From the sequence record SRR2962707_5378: DNA of 62,176 bases. One strand, written 5' to 3'. Of the stretch, positions 58,896 to 62,176 are shown piece after piece. The position numbers and the translations under genes are program-made. Within the stretch, counting starts at the first letter, position 1; each line of letters opens with the position of its first letter. The notes beneath the pieces are model-generated. The model ran no database searches, was not told the origin of the DNA, and worked only from the letters and a program-made list of their open reading frames with translations.

Positions 58896-59744
58896 ATGAA
58901 ACTGCTACGCATCGGCGCCAAAGGCGCAGAAAAACCCGCCATCCTGGCTTCTGACGGCACCTACCGGGACCTGTCGGAAATTGTAACCGATTTGGGCGGT
59001 GTGAGCTTGGGCGACTCAGCATTGCAGCGCATCGCGTCCGCGAACGTGTTTGATCTGCCTGTTCTCGACGCGAATGATCGGATTGGGCCCTGTGTCTCCG
59101 GGGTCGGCAAATTCATCTGCATTGGTCTCAACTATGCCGATCACGCAGAAGAAAGTGGCATGGCGGTACCAGAAGAACCCGTCATCTTCATGAAGGCCAC
59201 CAGCGCCATCGTCGGACCCAACGATGATGTTGTCATTCCAAGAGATGCCATCAAACCCGACTGGGAAGTTGAGCTTGGTGTGATCATAGGCAAGGAAGCA
59301 AAATATGTGGGCGAAGACGAAGCCGTCAACCACATCGCCGGTTACTGCGTCGTGAACGACGTCTCCGAACGGCATTTCCAGACCGAGCGCGGCGGTCAAT
59401 GGGTAAAGGGGAAGTCGGCAGACACTTTTGGACCTATAGGGCCATGGCTAGTGACCCGCGACGAAGTGCCGAATCCGCAGGAGCTTGGAATGTGGCTCGA
59501 AATCGACGGACACCGATATCAAAACGGCTCCACACGAACCATGATTTTCGGCATCGCTCACCTCGTATCCTACGTTAGTCGCTTCATGAGCCTGCAACCC
59601 GGCGACATCATCAGCACAGGCACGCCGCCCGGGGTCGGTATGGGCATCAAGCCGAAGTCTGTCTGGCTGAAGCCGGGCAACGTGATGCGCCTTGGCATAG
59701 AAGGTTTGGGAGAACAGCGCCAGGTCGTGCAAGCGTTCTCCTGA
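58896..59744 (+). CDS. FAH family hydrolase (2,4-diketo-3-deoxy-aldonate hydrolase-like)
   Basis: MKLLR.G..GAEKP, CIGLNY.DH, DWEVEL, NDVSER, TGTPPGVG. Confidence 0.88.
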   Translation: MKLLRIGAKGAEKPAILASDGTYRDLSEIVTDLGGVSLGDSALQRIASANVFDLPVLDANDRIGPCVSGVGKFICIGLNYADHAEESGMAVPEEPVIFMKATSAIVGPNDDVVIPRDAIKPDWEVELGVIIGKEAKYVGEDEAVNHIAGYCVVNDVSERHFQTERGGQWVKGKSADTFGPIGPWLVTRDEVPNPQELGMWLEIDGHRYQNGSTRTMIFGIAHLVSYVSRFMSLQPGDIISTGTPPGVGMGIKPKSVWLKPGNVMRLGIEGLGEQRQVVQAFS

Positions 59745-59870
59745 CTTCACCACCGGGCCCGGCACCAACCGAACTCTTACACAACGAATTACTGATGCAA
59801 CAACGGGGCCCATGGCGCCACGATGGGGCGCGGTAGGTTCATTCCTGCGTCACGATCAGGGACCATCGCC

Positions 59871-60788
59871 GTGGGCATTTATCTCCCCATCGCCGAGCTG
59901 TCGCTCAACCTGTTCTTTCTGGCGGGCATCGGCGGCGCAGTGGGTTTCCTGTCCGGCCTGTTCGGCGTCGGCGGGGGGTTCCTGCTGACGCCGCTGCTGA
60001 TCTTTTCTGGTGTCCCCACCTCGGTGGCCGTGGCTTCGGTAACAGGTCAGGTGGTCGCCGCCTCCACTTCAGGCGCGCTCACCCATTATCGACGCGGCGG
60101 CATAGACCTACATCTGGCCGCCTATCTCATAGTTTCGAGCATTATCGGCGCAGCCGGGGGCGTCGCGGCCTTTTCGCTGCTGCGCGACGCCGGCCAGCTT
60201 GATCTCGTCATCTCGCTCGGCTTTCTGGTGTTGCTCGGCTTTGTCGGCATACTGATGCTGGTTGAGTCCACACGGGCGATCCTGAAATCCCGGCAGGGCA
60301 TTGTCGTGCGCGAACGCATGCCCAACCAGCACAACTGGCTGCATCGCTTGCCCCTGCGCGTGCGCTTCAAGAAAAGCCGGCTCTATGTCAGCGTTCTGCC
60401 GGTCCTTCTGATCGGCCTCATCATCGGCTGCCTCGGCTCCCTGCTCGGCATAGGCGGCGGCTTCGTCATGGTGCCGGCCCTGGTCTATCTGCTGCGGGTC
60501 CCTGGCAGTGTTGTCATCGGCACCTCGCTGGCGCAGGTGCTGGCAATGATGGCGGCCACCACCATCATGCATGCGGTTCAGAGCCAGAGCGTGGACATCA
60601 TGCTCGCCTTTTGCCTGATGGTCGGCGGGACCATTGGCGCCCAGTTTGGGGCCTCGGCAGGCAAGCATCTGCGGGGTGAACAGCTGCGCGGTCTTTTGGC
60701 GCTGCTGATCCTGGCTGTCGCTGTCCGGTTTGGCTTGACCTTGGTGCTGGAACCTTCCGACGTCTTCAGCCTGGCGGCCCCGCGATGA
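59871..60788 (+). CDS. TSUP (TauE/SafE) family membrane protein
   Basis: IYLPIAE, SGLFGVGGGFLLTP, GIGGGF.MVP; GTG start. Confidence 0.9.
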   Translation: MGIYLPIAELSLNLFFLAGIGGAVGFLSGLFGVGGGFLLTPLLIFSGVPTSVAVASVTGQVVAASTSGALTHYRRGGIDLHLAAYLIVSSIIGAAGGVAAFSLLRDAGQLDLVISLGFLVLLGFVGILMLVESTRAILKSRQGIVVRERMPNQHNWLHRLPLRVRFKKSRLYVSVLPVLLIGLIIGCLGSLLGIGGGFVMVPALVYLLRVPGSVVIGTSLAQVLAMMAATTIMHAVQSQSVDIMLAFCLMVGGTIGAQFGASAGKHLRGEQLRGLLALLILAVAVRFGLTLVLEPSDVFSLAAPR

Positions 60789-61555
60789 AGACCACGCTCT
60801 TTGCCGCTGTCCTGGCCATGGCATCCATTGCCCTTGCCGGGCCCGCTCTGGCAGAACGGCTGATTTCTGAAATCTCCAATACGAGCGTAGAGATTACCTC
60901 CAACTTCGATGGCGAACGGTTGACCTTTTTTGGTTCGGTCGTGCCCGAGTTCGGGGCCCTGGATACGGCTGTCTCCGGCCCATTCCATGTCATCGTCGTG
61001 GTGTCCGGGCCAACCCAACACCCTATTCTGCGCAAGAAGGCCAATAATTGGGGGATATGGCTCAACACCGATCAGGTCGCCTATCAGGATTTTCCCAGCT
61101 TCTTGCATATCCTCTCAAGCGGGCGGCTGAGCGAAATAGCCCATCCTGAGGCGCTAGAGGAAAATGCCATCCTGCCCGAGGCCTACCTGCACCCGGCAGG
61201 CCCTGTTTCTGCGCAGAAGTCACAGACCTTTGGCGAGGAACTGTTGCGGCAGATGGCCGAAGCGGCCCTATTTGGCGTGCAGGAGAATGGCGTCAATTTT
61301 CTCGCCGAGAGCGTCTATTCCGCGCGACTGACCCTGCCGGCCAATGCGCCACCGGGTCCCTATATCGCGCATACCTACCTTCTCAAGGATGGTGTCATTG
61401 TCGCCCGCCATTCCGAGGGCTTTGCTGTTCGCAAGATGGGTATGGAACGCTTTCTGGCCCAGTCCTCGGTGCAGTTTCCGATACTCTACGGCCTTGCCTG
61501 TGTGGCCCTAGCGCTTTTCACGGGCTGGCTAGGCGGCGTGGCGTTCAGGCGTTGA
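60785..61555 (+). CDS. TIGR02186 family membrane protein
   Basis: Signal peptide, V.ITSNF.G..L..FG, R.K....IW.N, C-terminal TM ending FRR; coupled to TSUP gene. Confidence 0.88.
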   Translation: MKTTLFAAVLAMASIALAGPALAERLISEISNTSVEITSNFDGERLTFFGSVVPEFGALDTAVSGPFHVIVVVSGPTQHPILRKKANNWGIWLNTDQVAYQDFPSFLHILSSGRLSEIAHPEALEENAILPEAYLHPAGPVSAQKSQTFGEELLRQMAEAALFGVQENGVNFLAESVYSARLTLPANAPPGPYIAHTYLLKDGVIVARHSEGFAVRKMGMERFLAQSSVQFPILYGLACVALALFTGWLGGVAFRR

Positions 61556-61869
61556 GTCAACGTGGACAGACGTTGTGTGCGAACCTCTGTGTTCGGGACT
61601 TTCTTCGTTTATGTACACGTCCGAATTGGTCAGTTATTTGGGGTGCATTTTTGGCATTGGTTAGGCAAAGACGCGGGAACCCGCGGTCAGCATGCGCTGG
61701 GCTAAGGGTATTGCCGTGGCTTGTCCAAGTCCCTGTTGCGATCCACGGTACATGGCCCGCCGTCCGGATGTTGCTCTGGTTGCATCTGGGCCTCTGCGGC
61801 GACGATGTTGGTGAGATTGGCGTGCATGGTGTGAGTGGCTGAAGCGCGAGGCGCGAGCATCCTATCAGC

Positions 61870-62126
61870 ATGGAGAGGTAGCGGCGAATGAACTCGTCGG
61901 CGGCCAGATGATGACCTGTGGCCGGTTGGCGCCGGCGCGGCGATAATCCTTGTAGTGGAAGGTCACACAGGTCCCATCTAAGGCGATGACCTAGGCGGCC
62001 AGCGTGAAGGCATAGAAGTATCCACCCCGGCAGGAGATTAGCTTCCTGGGCTTCGAGCAAGGTGCGTCCCGTCGCGCCCTGACACCGCGAGCAGTACTGG
62101 TTTCGACAGGTTTCGATCGCCGACAC
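61870..62126 (-). mobile_element. IS91-family transposase remnant (deleted, frameshifted)
   Basis: MSAIETCR, RN..C.RCQGA..R.LLEA.EA.LLP, YKDYR (other frame), L.ADEFIRR. Confidence 0.75.
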
Positions 62127-62176
62127 GCCTTGACCCGTTGAGGCTCAGGTGTGATTAGGCGTGGAATAAGGCCCCC

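Noticed and set aside
61552-61870. Short ORFs after TIGR02186
   Set aside because: No motifs or RBS; likely decayed DNA next to the IS91 remnant
1-62176. CRISPR array, rRNA, prophage or anti-phage defence genes
   Set aside because: No regularly spaced repeats or recognisable motifs seen by eye

Overview
Alphaproteobacterial (Rhizobiales/Devosia-like, inferred from gene content) accessory region, most likely the interior of a genomic island. The left edge has an internally deleted P4-type integrase remnant, a 17-bp copy of a tRNA-Ser 3' end (probable att site, 448-464) and an orphan Phd/YefM antitoxin with palindromic operators. The body is a mosaic of sugar and sugar-acid catabolic modules: (A) IclR-SMP30 fusion + Opp-type ABC + amidohydrolase; (B) LacI + CUT1 ABC + GH2 + GtaA/DUF4965-like protein; (C) IS30/IS3 remnants, FadR-type regulator, one intact and two broken sulfatases; (D) second IclR-SMP30 fusion + two SMP-30 lactonases, divergent from enolase, SDR, Opp-type ABC and DHDPS-like genes; (E) TTT transporter + otnK/otnC + LsrG-like gene, divergent from a LeuB/TDH-family dehydrogenase, Gfo/Idh/MocA, GntR and MBL lactonase; (F) an L-rhamnose-like non-phosphorylative pathway with CUT1 ABC and LacI. 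The right edge has TSUP-TIGR02186 and an IS91 remnant. Most notable: both IclR-SMP30 fusions appear to have lost canonical lactonase metal ligands (shared Asn->Lys and Asp->Asn changes), suggesting a pseudo-enzyme lactone/aldonate sensor, and the otnKC cluster lacks its usual dehydrogenase and isomerase partners. All calls are from motif recognition by eye; no database searches were run.
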